Assembly: GCA_963731595.1 (NCBI GenBank)
Contig: CAVSWE010000003.1
Location: 172,948-236,947 of the forward strand
DNA from: an uncultured delta proteobacterium
GTDB taxonomy: Bacteria > Myxococcota_A > Polyangia > Polyangiales > Polyangiaceae
Direction of reading: 5' to 3'
DNA: 64,000 bases
The translations under genes and the position numbers were made by a program. Positions within the stretch are counted from its first letter, which is position 1; each line of letters opens with the position of its first letter. Shown here in pieces: positions 52,716-61,116 of the stretch. The notes under the pieces are model-generated. The model did no database searches, was not told the origin of the DNA, and saw only the letters and a program-made list of their open reading frames with translations.

Positions 52716-54009
52716 GCATCCAGTGAGCGAGGCCGAGCACCTTGACGCTCGTGGCCTGCGCGTGCGGCCAGAAGACGACCATCTTGCCGCCCGGCTTGAG
52801 CACGCGCCGGATCTCGCCGAACGCGCGACCCAGCTCCTCGTGCGTGAAGTGCTCGACCACGCCGAGGTTGTATGCGCCGTCGAAGGTGGCCTCCTCGAAG
52901 GGCAGGTCGAAGATGCTCGCGTGCGTCACCTGCGCCTCCGGGTTCTCGCGCAGATACGTGCGGAGAGCCGACTCGGAGATGTCCACGGCGACGATGTCCG
53001 CGCGATCGTGCAGGTCCACGTCGACCTGCCCGCTGCCGCAGCCCGCGTGGAGAAGGCGCGAGCCCTGGCCAAACTCGCGCTCGATGGTTTCCTGCAGGCG
53101 ACGCTTGATGACCGTGTTGCGGTAGAGCGTGGCGATGACGTCGTACGTGGCCGCGGTCGCGCGCTCTTTCTTGTCCCAGTATTCGTTCCAGTTCTGCACG
53201 TCGACGAGCTCGGAATTTATCTCCGGAGCGCCCGCCAGCCTGAAGCGAGACGGCGACGTCACGTTGGTGAGCCAGAGCGAGCCGAGCGTCTTCACGCTGC
53301 GCGCGACCTCGACCGCGCTCATCTTGGAGCTGCCGTACGTTCGCGCCGGCAGCGCGAGCGGCACCTCGGCGATCGAGAAGCCGTTGTTGTGGAGGATGAA
53401 CAGGCTCTCGAAGAAGAACGCGTACCCGCGCGACCGCACGAGATCGAACACCGCCCGCGGGATCGTCTCGAGGTTGTAGACGCGGAACGCGCCCGTCGCG
53501 TCCTGCGGCATCCCGAGGACGTTCTTCGTGAGTGCGTGGCCGAGCGTCGTCAGTGATTTGCGGAAGAGCGTCCAGCCCGGCAAGCTGTTCTCGGCGAGGT
53601 AACGCGAGCCGACGACGGCGTCCGAGGTCTCTGCGCGCGCGAGAAACATCGGGATGGCGTCGGGCGAGTGCGTGAAGTCGCCGTCGAGCGTGACCAGCCG
53701 ATGGTAACCGTGATCGTACGCGTAAGCGATGCCGGCGACGTGGGCGCTGCCGATGCCGCTCTTCGCCGGGCGATGAATGACCGACAGCCGCGCGTGCTTG
53801 CGCGCGAGCTGGTCGAGGAGCTCCCCGGTCCCGTCCGGCGACGAGTCATCCATGAAGACGATGTCGGCATCGAGGCCGAGCGCGAAGAGCTGATTGCACA
53901 TCGGCTCCACGTTGTTCCGCTCGTTGTAAGTGGGAATGAAGATGAGTGTTTTCTTCGCGCTGACCAAGCCGGACCTCGCCCGAAGGTGGAGCTTACGACG
54001 ACCGCACAA
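52540..54009 (-). CDS. Bifunctional GT2 (DPM1-like polyprenol-phosphate glycosyltransferase) and class I SAM methyltransferase fusion.
   Basis: N-terminus LIFIPTYNERNNV...VFMDDSSPDGT...TLDGDFTHSP (GT2). C-terminus LLHAGCGSGQVDV...VLKPGGKMVVFWP (methyltransferase). Confidence 0.8.
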   Translation of the reverse strand: MCGRRKLHLRARSGLVSAKKTLIFIPTYNERNNVEPMCNQLFALGLDADIVFMDDSSPDGTGELLDQLARKHARLSVIHRPAKSGIGSAHVAGIAYAYDHGYHRLVTLDGDFTHSPDAIPMFLARAETSDAVVGSRYLAENSLPGWTLFRKSLTTLGHALTKNVLGMPQDATGAFRVYNLETIPRAVFDLVRSRGYAFFFESLFILHNNGFSIAEVPLALPARTYGSSKMSAVEVARSVKTLGSLWLTNVTSPSRFRLAGAPEINSELVDVQNWNEYWDKKERATAATYDVIATLYRNTVIKRRLQETIEREFGQGSRLLHAGCGSGQVDVDLHDRADIVAVDISESALRTYLRENPEAQVTHASIFDLPFEEATFDGAYNLGVVEHFTHEELGRAFGEIRRVLKPGGKMVVFWPHAQATSVKVLGLAHWMLNDVLAKNVRLHPPEPSLVHSKSEASKLLASGGLELVSYDFGPKDFFVQAVVVARRPD

Positions 54010-54031
54010 CGCGAGCCAGCGTCAGAATCGA

Positions 54032-54562
54032 TCAGCAAAAGACGTGGATCGTCACCGTGAAATCGCCGCTGTTGTCCCCGAAGGCCTGCCTCTGATCGTT
54101 GAATCCAAGGAAGAGGCGGCCGCTCGTCGACGCAATCTCGTCGTACGACGTCCCCACGAAGCCTGGACCGTCGCCGCTCGTGCCCTCGGCGACCGGAACG
54201 CCCGTGTCGAGGGCTGCCGTGCCGCCGACCTTGCCGATGAGGCTGACGATGACGGCGTCGGGCAGCACCGCCGTCGGGAAGAATCGTTGGCCGTCGAAAT
54301 TGCCCCCGTTCGCGTCGCAGGACTGACTGCCCATGTCGCCGTAACGCACCGTACCGGACGCCGCGAGGACGAGCCGCTCTCCCGCGACCACGTCGAGGCC
54401 GGTGTCGACCCAGGGCGCCTCCGACGACACTTGCAGCGTGATCTCGCGCGTCTCGCACGCGCCGTCGGCGCCAGCCTCCGACGACAGGCGACCGCCGAGC
54501 TCGGTTCGGGCGCCGCACGCCGACGCAGCGGCGAAGAACGCGATGGTCAGTGCGCGCAGCAT
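54032..54562 (-). CDS. Small secreted lipoprotein (176 aa), hypothetical.
   Basis: MLRALTIAFFAAASACGARTEL signal/lipobox; Gly/Asp-rich beta-type composition. Confidence 0.55.
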   Translation of the reverse strand: MLRALTIAFFAAASACGARTELGGRLSSEAGADGACETREITLQVSSEAPWVDTGLDVVAGERLVLAASGTVRYGDMGSQSCDANGGNFDGQRFFPTAVLPDAVIVSLIGKVGGTAALDTGVPVAEGTSGDGPGFVGTSYDEIASTSGRLFLGFNDQRQAFGDNSGDFTVTIHVFC

Positions 54563-54613
54563 GCTCGGAGCTTACCGTGGCGGCGCGTGCTGCCAAGCCA
54601 TACGCTGGACGAC

Positions 54614-55180
54614 GTGCCGCGCTTACGGACCGTCGTCGCGCTGTCGGTGCTCGGATGCGGGGCGAGGACCGAGCTCGATGTGCCGGGCGCCGGCGACGCC
54701 GCGCTCGCCGAGGCCCAGGCCCCACGCGACGCAAGCCAGGACGTGGCGCTCGACGCGCCCGCCGCCTGCGATTTCGGGAACATCACCAGCAATCCCTTCG
54801 GCGCCACCGTCTCTTGGAACGGCGGCGCCCCGCTCCCCGCCGGGCACTACCGCGTGACGTACGTCGACGGGTGCATGAAGTATTCGAACGGCCAGGGTTG
54901 GACCGTGAACGCTTACGCGAACGGGCCCGACACGCTCTGGGTCGTCGGCAGCGGAGCGCGGCTCGCGCCGGCTCCCGGCACCGTCGGCTTTCTCGTCGGG
55001 CAGGGTGGGTTCGCGAGCTTCGACGCGTGCGTCGCGGCGAACGTCTCGCAAGACGCGCCGCTCGAGCTCGACTTCGCCGGCGGGGCGCTGGGCCTCGAGC
55101 TCGCCGACGATCCGTACGCCGACAACGTCGCCGGCGAGAGCGGCCGAAGCCCCACGTATCGCCTCTCGTCGTGCCCCTGA
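54614..55180 (+). CDS. Small secreted lipoprotein, divergent paralog of 54032..54562.
   Basis: Inferred GTG start gives MPRLRTVVALSVLGCGARTEL. It shares the CGARTEL post-lipobox motif with the divergent neighbour. C-terminal part of track ORF 53930..55180. Confidence 0.5.
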   Translation: MPRLRTVVALSVLGCGARTELDVPGAGDAALAEAQAPRDASQDVALDAPAACDFGNITSNPFGATVSWNGGAPLPAGHYRVTYVDGCMKYSNGQGWTVNAYANGPDTLWVVGSGARLAPAPGTVGFLVGQGGFASFDACVAANVSQDAPLELDFAGGALGLELADDPYADNVAGESGRSPTYRLSSCP

Positions 55181-55199
55181 GCGGTGTAACCTCGGCGGC

Positions 55200-56609
55200 A
55201 TGATCCGCATCGAGTTCGTCGGCGCCGCGCAGACCGTCACCGGGAGCAAGCACCTCGTCCACACCAAGCACGCGACCGTGCTCCTCGACTGCGGGCTCTT
55301 CCAGGGGCGGCGGCGCGAGTCGTACGACGTGAACAAGAACCTCGGGTTCCGCGCGAGCGACGTCGACGTCGCGGTGCTCTCGCACGCGCACATCGACCAC
55401 TCGGGCGCGCTGCCGATGCTCTGCAAGAGCGGGTTCGACGGGACGATCTACGCGACGCCCGCGACCCGCGACCTCTGCGCGGTGATGCTCGAGGACGCCG
55501 CGGCCATCCAAGAACAAGATGCAGATTACATCAATCGCGCCATCGAGAAGGAGCACGCCCAGATGGAGCGCGTCGAGCCGCTCTACGAGGCGCAAGACGT
55601 CGTGCGCGTGCTCGAGCGGATGATCTCGGTGCCGTACGCGCGCACCGTGCCCATCGCCGACGGCGTGAAGATCACCTTCCACGACGCGGGCCACGTGCTC
55701 GGGAGCGCCATCACGGTGCTGGACATCGAGGACGAGGGGACGAAGAAGCGGATTCTCTTTACCGGCGATCTCGGGCGAAATCACATCCCGATCCTGCGCG
55801 ATCCGGAGAACGCCGACGGCGTGAGCGTGCTCGTCAGCGAGAGCACGTACGGCGACCGCCTGCACCCGCCGCTCGAGGCGATGGACGAGGCGCTCGTCGA
55901 TCTCATCGGGCGCGTCTCGAAGCGCGGCGGCAAGATCATCATGCCGTCCTTCGCGCTCGAGCGCGCGCAGGAGATCGTCTACGCGATCAAGCGCCTCCGC
56001 GTGAAGGGCCTGATCCCGAACATGCCCGGTCTACGTCGACTCGCCGCTCACGGTGAAGATCACCGACGTCTTCAAGATGCACCCCGAGTGCTTCGACGAG
56101 GAGACGCGCGCGCTCATCGCGAGCCGCGAGTCGCCCTTCGAGTTCGAGAACCTCCGCTACGTCTCGGAGCGAGAGGACAGCAAGGCGATCGACGCGAGCC
56201 ACGAGCCGTGCATCATCATCTCGGCGAGCGGGATGTGCGAGGCGGGGCGCGTCGCTCCATCACCTGAAGGCGAGCGTCGAGGACCCGAAGAACGCCGTCT
56301 GCATCGTCGGCTTCCAGGCGCCGCACACGCTCGGCAGGCGAATCGTCGAGCGGCGGCAGCGCGTGAAGATCTTCGGCGTCGAGCGCGATCTCCGCGCCGA
56401 GGTCGTCGTGATGAACGGCTTCTCCGCGCACGCCGATCAAAAGGACCTGGTCGCGTACGCCGAGCACACGCGCGACACCGGTCAGCTCGAATCAGGTCAT
56501 CTTGGTCCACGGCGAGCCGGGCCCGCAGCGCACGCTGAAAGAGAAGCTCGCCGAGCGCGGAATCAAGAAGGTGAGCAACCCCGCGCCGGGCGACGTCATC
56601 GAGGTGTGA
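55200..56609 (+). CDS. MBL-fold metallo-hydrolase of the RNA-metabolising beta-CASP family (RNase J/CPSF-like), with three apparent +1 frame shifts.
   Basis: HAHIDHSGALP (HxHxDH), DAGHVLGSA, and the beta-CASP C-terminus ...GFSAHADQKDL...VLVHGEP. The frame moves 0 to 1 (~56030), 1 to 2 (~56300) and 2 to 0 (~56490). Confidence 0.75.
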
Positions 56610-57180
56610 GCTCGCGGAGGAGCTCGATCATCCGGTACGTCAGGCCCCAAACGACGCCGCCCTCGACGTCGAACGCGGGCAAATCGAACGTGACGCCGTC
56701 GCGCACGAAGCGGAAGGTCGTCGCGCCGTCGCCGCGCAAAATCGGGTCGAGCGGGGACCACACGGCGGCCGCGACCTCTTCGTTCAGCGCGAGCGTCGCG
56801 TCGCGCTCGAGCGCGAAGAGGAACGCCGTGACGGTCAGCGGATGCGGCATGCGCGAGTAGGGCATCACGTCGGGCAAGCGCGCGACGGGGCGCGCGAGCG
56901 CGTGTAAGTCGAGGCCGACCTCTTCGAGCGTCTCGCGCGCGGCCGTGTCGAGCAGCGTCGCGTCGCTCGCTTCGCGCCGTCCGCCGGGAAACGCCATGTG
57001 CCCCGACCAAGGATCGCCCTCTCGCTCGGCGCGCTTGATGAAGAGGAGCTCGTCGCCCGACGCGCCCGGCCGAACAATCGCGGCGACGGCGGCGCGGAGG
57101 CCGCTCGCGTCGTCGGGCCGCGCCGCGCGCAGCTCCTCGGGCGGGAATCGTCCGGCGAGGCGTTCGACGAGAGAGCCCAT
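56596..57180 (-). CDS. NUDIX hydrolase (CoA pyrophosphatase NudL-like).
   Basis: Nudix box GHMAFPGGRREASDATLLDTAARETLEEVG. The start is chosen at an internal Met and is uncertain. Confidence 0.75.
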   Translation of the reverse strand: MGSLVERLAGRFPPEELRAARPDDASGLRAAVAAIVRPGASGDELLFIKRAEREGDPWSGHMAFPGGRREASDATLLDTAARETLEEVGLDLHALARPVARLPDVMPYSRMPHPLTVTAFLFALERDATLALNEEVAAAVWSPLDPILRGDGATTFRFVRDGVTFDLPAFDVEGGVVWGLTYRMIELLRELTPR

Positions 57181-57235
57181 GACGACTCGATAACACGCGC
57201 GCGGCGTGCTTTCCAAAACGCGGTATGCTCGAGCC

Positions 57236-57724
57236 ATGAAGCGACGGACCCTCGTCACCATCGCAATCTTGTCGGCCGCGTGCAGCAGCACTCCGACGAA
57301 TTTCGCGGGCTCTTACGCCGTGACCGTCGTCGAAGGCGCGAACAACTGCGGCTCGTCGGGCTGGACCGCGGGCAGCTCGACGAACCTGACTGCGCAGATC
57401 ACCCAAGACGGGCAGATCGCGCAATTCACGATTCCGTCGAACACGGTGCCCGGCGCCTATTTGCTGCTCGTCCTCGGCACGAACACATTTTCGGGCACGG
57501 TCACGGCGAACGAGTTCACCGCGACCTACCTCGGGACGAAGCAGAGCACGCAGGGCACGTGCACGGCCACGGTCAACACGACGCTCGACGTGAAGCTCGA
57601 CGCGAACAGCGTGCTGAGCGGGACGCTCACGTTCACCCCGGTCACCAACGGCGACCCTTCGTGCGGCGTGCTCAATCAATGCACGAACACCGACACCATT
57701 TCGGGCTCGCGCACCGGCCCCTGA
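57236..57724 (+). CDS. Small Thr/Gly-rich lipoprotein, hypothetical.
   Basis: MKRRTLVTIAILSAACSS lipobox; Thr/Ser/Gly-rich beta-type body. Confidence 0.55.
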   Translation: MKRRTLVTIAILSAACSSTPTNFAGSYAVTVVEGANNCGSSGWTAGSSTNLTAQITQDGQIAQFTIPSNTVPGAYLLLVLGTNTFSGTVTANEFTATYLGTKQSTQGTCTATVNTTLDVKLDANSVLSGTLTFTPVTNGDPSCGVLNQCTNTDTISGSRTGP

Positions 57725-57733
57725 AAAAATCGA

Positions 57734-57772
57734 CCAACTCACAAGTTTCACACAGGCTTGTGCACAAGTTGG
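57734..57772. promoter_or_regulatory. Hairpin/perfect 12-bp palindrome CTTGTGCACAAG in the lipoprotein-to-hypothetical intergenic region (terminator or operator).
   Basis: CCAACTCACAAG ... CTTGTG(CACA)AGTTGG forms a 12-bp stem. It is locally AT-rich within a 70% GC genome and sits 10 nt after the stop at 57724. Confidence 0.3.
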
Positions 57773-57812
57773 TGTCTTGCGGCCCGCGCGGCGCGTTCGT
57801 AAGAGCGCCGGC

Positions 57813-58448
57813 ATGGTGAAGACCAAGCTGGATGCCGAGCTCGCCGAAGCCGAGCGCGCTCACGGAAACGACCCCGAACGCGCCGAGCTCATCGCGCGCA
57901 CGCGCCGCTTCAAGGCGAGCTGGCTCGAGCTCGCCGAAGCGCTGATGCACGTCCGCAAGAACGACACGTGGAAGGGTTGGGGCTTCGAGTCGTTCGAGCA
58001 ATACGCGTCGCGCGAGCTGCGGCTTCGCCAGGAGACGGTCGACAAGCTGACCGGGTCGTATTCGTTCTTGCAGCGCCGCGCGCCCGCGGTGCTCCAGCGC
58101 GACGGCGTCGTCGACGCGATCCCGAGCTATCAGGCCGTCGATTTCCTGCGGCGCGCCGAGGAGCGAGAGGACGCGCCGCAGGAGGCCGTCGTCGAGATCC
58201 GCAAGAAGGTGCTCGACGAGGGCGTGCCCCTCCCGTCGGTCGCGCGCGAGTACCGCGACGTCGTCTTTCCGATCGACGACGAGACGAAGGACAAGCGCGA
58301 GAAGGCGGCGCTCAAGCTCGCCGCGACGCGGCTCCGCGACATGCTCGCGTCGAGCCGCGCCGTGTCGCAACGCCTCGCGGGCGACGTGACAGAAAAGCTC
58401 GACGAGCTCATCGTCGCGCTCGCCGATTCGAAAAAGCGTGCGGCGTGA
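57813..58448 (+). CDS. Conserved hypothetical protein (helical, charged).
   Basis: ORF with good composition; start chosen at MVKTK. No motif recognised. Confidence 0.45.
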   Translation: MVKTKLDAELAEAERAHGNDPERAELIARTRRFKASWLELAEALMHVRKNDTWKGWGFESFEQYASRELRLRQETVDKLTGSYSFLQRRAPAVLQRDGVVDAIPSYQAVDFLRRAEEREDAPQEAVVEIRKKVLDEGVPLPSVAREYRDVVFPIDDETKDKREKAALKLAATRLRDMLASSRAVSQRLAGDVTEKLDELIVALADSKKRAA

Positions 58449-58472
58449 TTTCGTCGTGATAGTGGGAAGCGC

Positions 58473-59264
58473 GTGAGCCTCTGGATCGCGCTTCTCCTCG
58501 GGGTGGTCGAGGGCCTGACGGAGTACCTGCCGGTCTCGTCGACCGGGCACCTCGTCCTCGTGGCGCACGCGCTCGGGCAGCAGGCCGGCGCGTTCGAGAT
58601 CGTGATCCAGCTCGGCGCGATCCTCGCGGTCGTCGTGCATTACCGCGCGCTCTTCGCCAGGCACGGACGCGGCCTTCTCGCGTGGCAGCCCGAGTCGGTG
58701 CAGCTCGCGAAGGCGCTGGCGCTCGGGTTCGTGCCGGTCGCGATCGTCGGCAAGCTCGTGGGGCACGCGATCAAGGATCGCCTCTTCAAGCCGCTCCCGA
58801 TCGCGATCGCGCTCGCCGTGGGCGGCGTCGTGATGATCGTGGTCGAGCGCGTGCGAGCCGCGCGGAAGGTGAGCGGCGAGGTCGGGCTCGACAAAGTCAC
58901 GCCCGCGCGCGCGCTCGCGATCGGCATCGCCCAGTGCTTCGCGCTCTTCCCCGGCACGTCGCGATCGATGACCACGATCGTCGGCGGGCAGCTCGTCGGT
59001 CTCTCCACGGCGACCGCCGCCGAGTTCGCCTTCTTGCTCGGCGTGCCGACGCTCGGCGCCGCGACGATTTACGAAGGCTTCAAGGAGCGTCACGAGCTCA
59101 TGACCCAGTCCGGCGGCGCGGCCCTCGCGGTGGGGCTCGTGACGTCGTTCTTCGTCGCGTGGGCGGTCGTCGCGAGCTTCCTCCGGTATCTCCAGCGTCG
59201 CGGGCTCGAGCCCTTCGGCTGGTATCGCCTCGCGCTCGCCGCCGCGGTTTGGCGCTGGATGTGA
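58473..59264 (+). CDS. uppP: Undecaprenyl-diphosphate phosphatase (UppP/BacA).
   Basis: GLTEYLPVSSTGHL and FPGTSRSMTTIVGG signatures; 8 TM helices; 263 aa. Confidence 0.9.
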   Translation: MSLWIALLLGVVEGLTEYLPVSSTGHLVLVAHALGQQAGAFEIVIQLGAILAVVVHYRALFARHGRGLLAWQPESVQLAKALALGFVPVAIVGKLVGHAIKDRLFKPLPIAIALAVGGVVMIVVERVRAARKVSGEVGLDKVTPARALAIGIAQCFALFPGTSRSMTTIVGGQLVGLSTATAAEFAFLLGVPTLGAATIYEGFKERHELMTQSGGAALAVGLVTSFFVAWAVVASFLRYLQRRGLEPFGWYRLALAAAVWRWM

Positions 59265-59363
59265 GCGCCGGAACTTACGGTCGCGTCGCGTGTCGATAAC
59301 GCAGAACCCACCTTGCAGCGATCTCGTCTTGCCCCGGCGCGCAAATCTAGAAGCGGCAGCGTA

Positions 59364-59389
59364 GAACGCGCGGCCGGGCCGCCGACGTG
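59364..59389 (+). promoter_or_regulatory. Candidate ECF-type promoter (GAAC-N16-GACGT) upstream of the sigma/anti-sigma pair.
   Basis: GAAC at about 59364, a 16-nt spacer, then GACGT. It resembles AAC-N16-CGT autoregulated ECF promoters but lies ~155 nt from the start, so it is weak. Confidence 0.2.
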
Positions 59390-59542
59390 CGCTCACCAAA
59401 ACGGGGCTGCGGCGAGCTCCTGGCCGCAGATGGCGACGGCGAGCAACGTCGCGCCGGTGGCCGGTTTCGTCCCGCCGCCGCTTGTCGGCGCGGGGGCGCG
59501 GGAGCACCGGCTCGGCTGGGCCCGCGAAGTTGCCGTGATTTC

Positions 59543-60190
59543 GTGATCGACGAGACGCTCGCTTGGCGCGACAGTGGCGAATACGACGTGGAAGGCGCCG
59601 AGCTCGAAGCCAAACTGATCGAGCGGCTCGTCGCCCGCGACGAGCGCGCGTTCAACGAGCTCGTCCGCAATTACGAGCGCCGCGTCTTCGCGCTCGTCTT
59701 TCGCATGCTCTCCTCGCGCGCCGAGGCCGAGGACCTCACGCAGGAGGTCTTCGTCCAGGTCTTCAAGGCCATCGGGACGTTCCGCGGCGAGTCGAAGCTG
59801 TCGACCTGGATTTATCGCATCGCGGTGAACCTCTGTAAGAATCGCGCCAAGTACCTCAAGGTGCGCCACACCGGCGAGCAGGACCACATCGACGACGTCG
59901 CCGAGCGCCTGCCGCCTCGGCAGGCGCGCCACGCGAACGTGGCTCAGGTCGATCGACCAGACGAGGCGATGGCCGGCCGGCAGGTCGAGGAGATCGTCCG
60001 GCAGGCCATCGCCGAGGTCGACGAGAACTTCCGCGAGTGCTTGATCCTCTGCGACGTGGAAGAATTGTCGTACGAGGAAATCGCGGAAATCACGCGGCTG
60101 CCGGCCGGCACGGTGAAGAGCCGTATCTTCCGCGCGCGCGCGCAGCTGCGCGAGATCGTGGAGCGCAAGCTCGGAGAGAAGATTGGATGA
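59543..60190 (+). CDS. ECF (sigma-70 family, group 4) RNA polymerase sigma factor.
   Basis: Region 2 ...DLTQEVFVQVFKAIGTFRGESKLSTWIYRIAVN... and region 4 ...LSYEEIAEITRLPAGTVKSRIFRARAQLRE. GTG start inferred. Confidence 0.8.
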   Translation: MIDETLAWRDSGEYDVEGAELEAKLIERLVARDERAFNELVRNYERRVFALVFRMLSSRAEAEDLTQEVFVQVFKAIGTFRGESKLSTWIYRIAVNLCKNRAKYLKVRHTGEQDHIDDVAERLPPRQARHANVAQVDRPDEAMAGRQVEEIVRQAIAEVDENFRECLILCDVEELSYEEIAEITRLPAGTVKSRIFRARAQLREIVERKLGEKIG

Positions 60191-60438
60191 GCGAGGAGGA
60201 ACGACAAGACGAGGCCATGCGCGCGCTCCTCCGCCGGTCGCTCTCGAGCGGCGCGCCGGCGCCCCCGCCGGTCTTGCGCGAGGTGCAGCGCAAAATTCGT
60301 CAGCGCTCGAAGGGAAAATTTTTCTCCGACGGCTGGAGCACCTCGCAAGCGCGCGTGAGCTATGCGCTCGTCGCCGTCGTCATGCTGCTCGTCGTCGCGA
60401 TCGCGTATTTCGCGTTGGGCCCGACGGGCGTGCGCTGA
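60187..60438 (+). CDS. Putative anti-sigma factor (84 aa, single C-terminal TM).
   Basis: Its ATG overlaps the sigma-factor stop (ATGA). TM segment ALVAVVMLLVVAIAYFAL. Confidence 0.55.
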   Translation: MSEEERQDEAMRALLRRSLSSGAPAPPPVLREVQRKIRQRSKGKFFSDGWSTSQARVSYALVAVVMLLVVAIAYFALGPTGVR

Positions 60439-60444
60439 CGCCCA

Positions 60445-60929
60445 GTGGTCGCTCGAGTGACCACTTTTCGAACCGATCATCGTTGCTATGCTCGTGTCGT
60501 GGCCCTCGGACACCACACCTGCGCCGACTGCAAGACTCTGTCGCCCGAGACGGAGCTGACGTACTCGCTGCTCGGCCTAGCGGGTTGGCGCGAGCAGCGG
60601 AAGACCGACGCGAGCGGCGCCGTCACCGTCGAGTGGCGATGCCCCACGTGCTGGGCCGACCACAAGAAGCGCACGCGCGCCAAGACGCAAATCAACCTGC
60701 CGTCGATCGGCTGCTGCGGGAGCTTCCTAAGCTGGACGCCAAATCGCTACAAGGCGCCGACCTCCTGAGGTGGTGTCAGTCGCACGGGCTCATTCCCGAA
60801 GCAGCCATTTCTGTTGCTGCTTTCAGCAGCGCGATGTGGCGCTACCAGAAGCACTTCCAGCTGTTGCGCGATCACCGACCGGGCACCGTCCATGCCCCTC
60901 TATCGTTGCTGGTGGTCCGGCGGCTCTAG
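60445..60929 (+). CDS. Small zinc-ribbon protein, possibly continuing into a helical C-terminal part through a -1 frame shift near 60700.
   Basis: Frame 1 has CADC...(36)...CPTC. Frame 0 downstream has protein-like ...LLRELPKLDAKSLQGADLLRWCQSHGLIPEAAISVAAFSSAMWRYQKHFQLL. GC falls from here on. Confidence 0.3.
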
Positions 60930-61116
60930 TCCAGGGAGCTATTGGTCGAAGTACACCAAAGGAGATAAGCAGGGATCAGGTGGTTGGAGTGGACGCATTG
61001 CACATGGGCGATTTGACCCCCGCACATCGAGGTGATTGCGGGCGGAATTGCGATCAATGCTTGGATACAATAGAATCGAACGAAAAAACCAGAGGTAGTA
61101 GGGAGACGGACTGCAA

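Noticed and set aside
53550-54734. 394-aa minus-strand ORF spanning the GT2-MT start and the small lipoprotein.
   Set aside because: Arg/Pro-rich low-complexity sequence that overlaps two better-supported genes.
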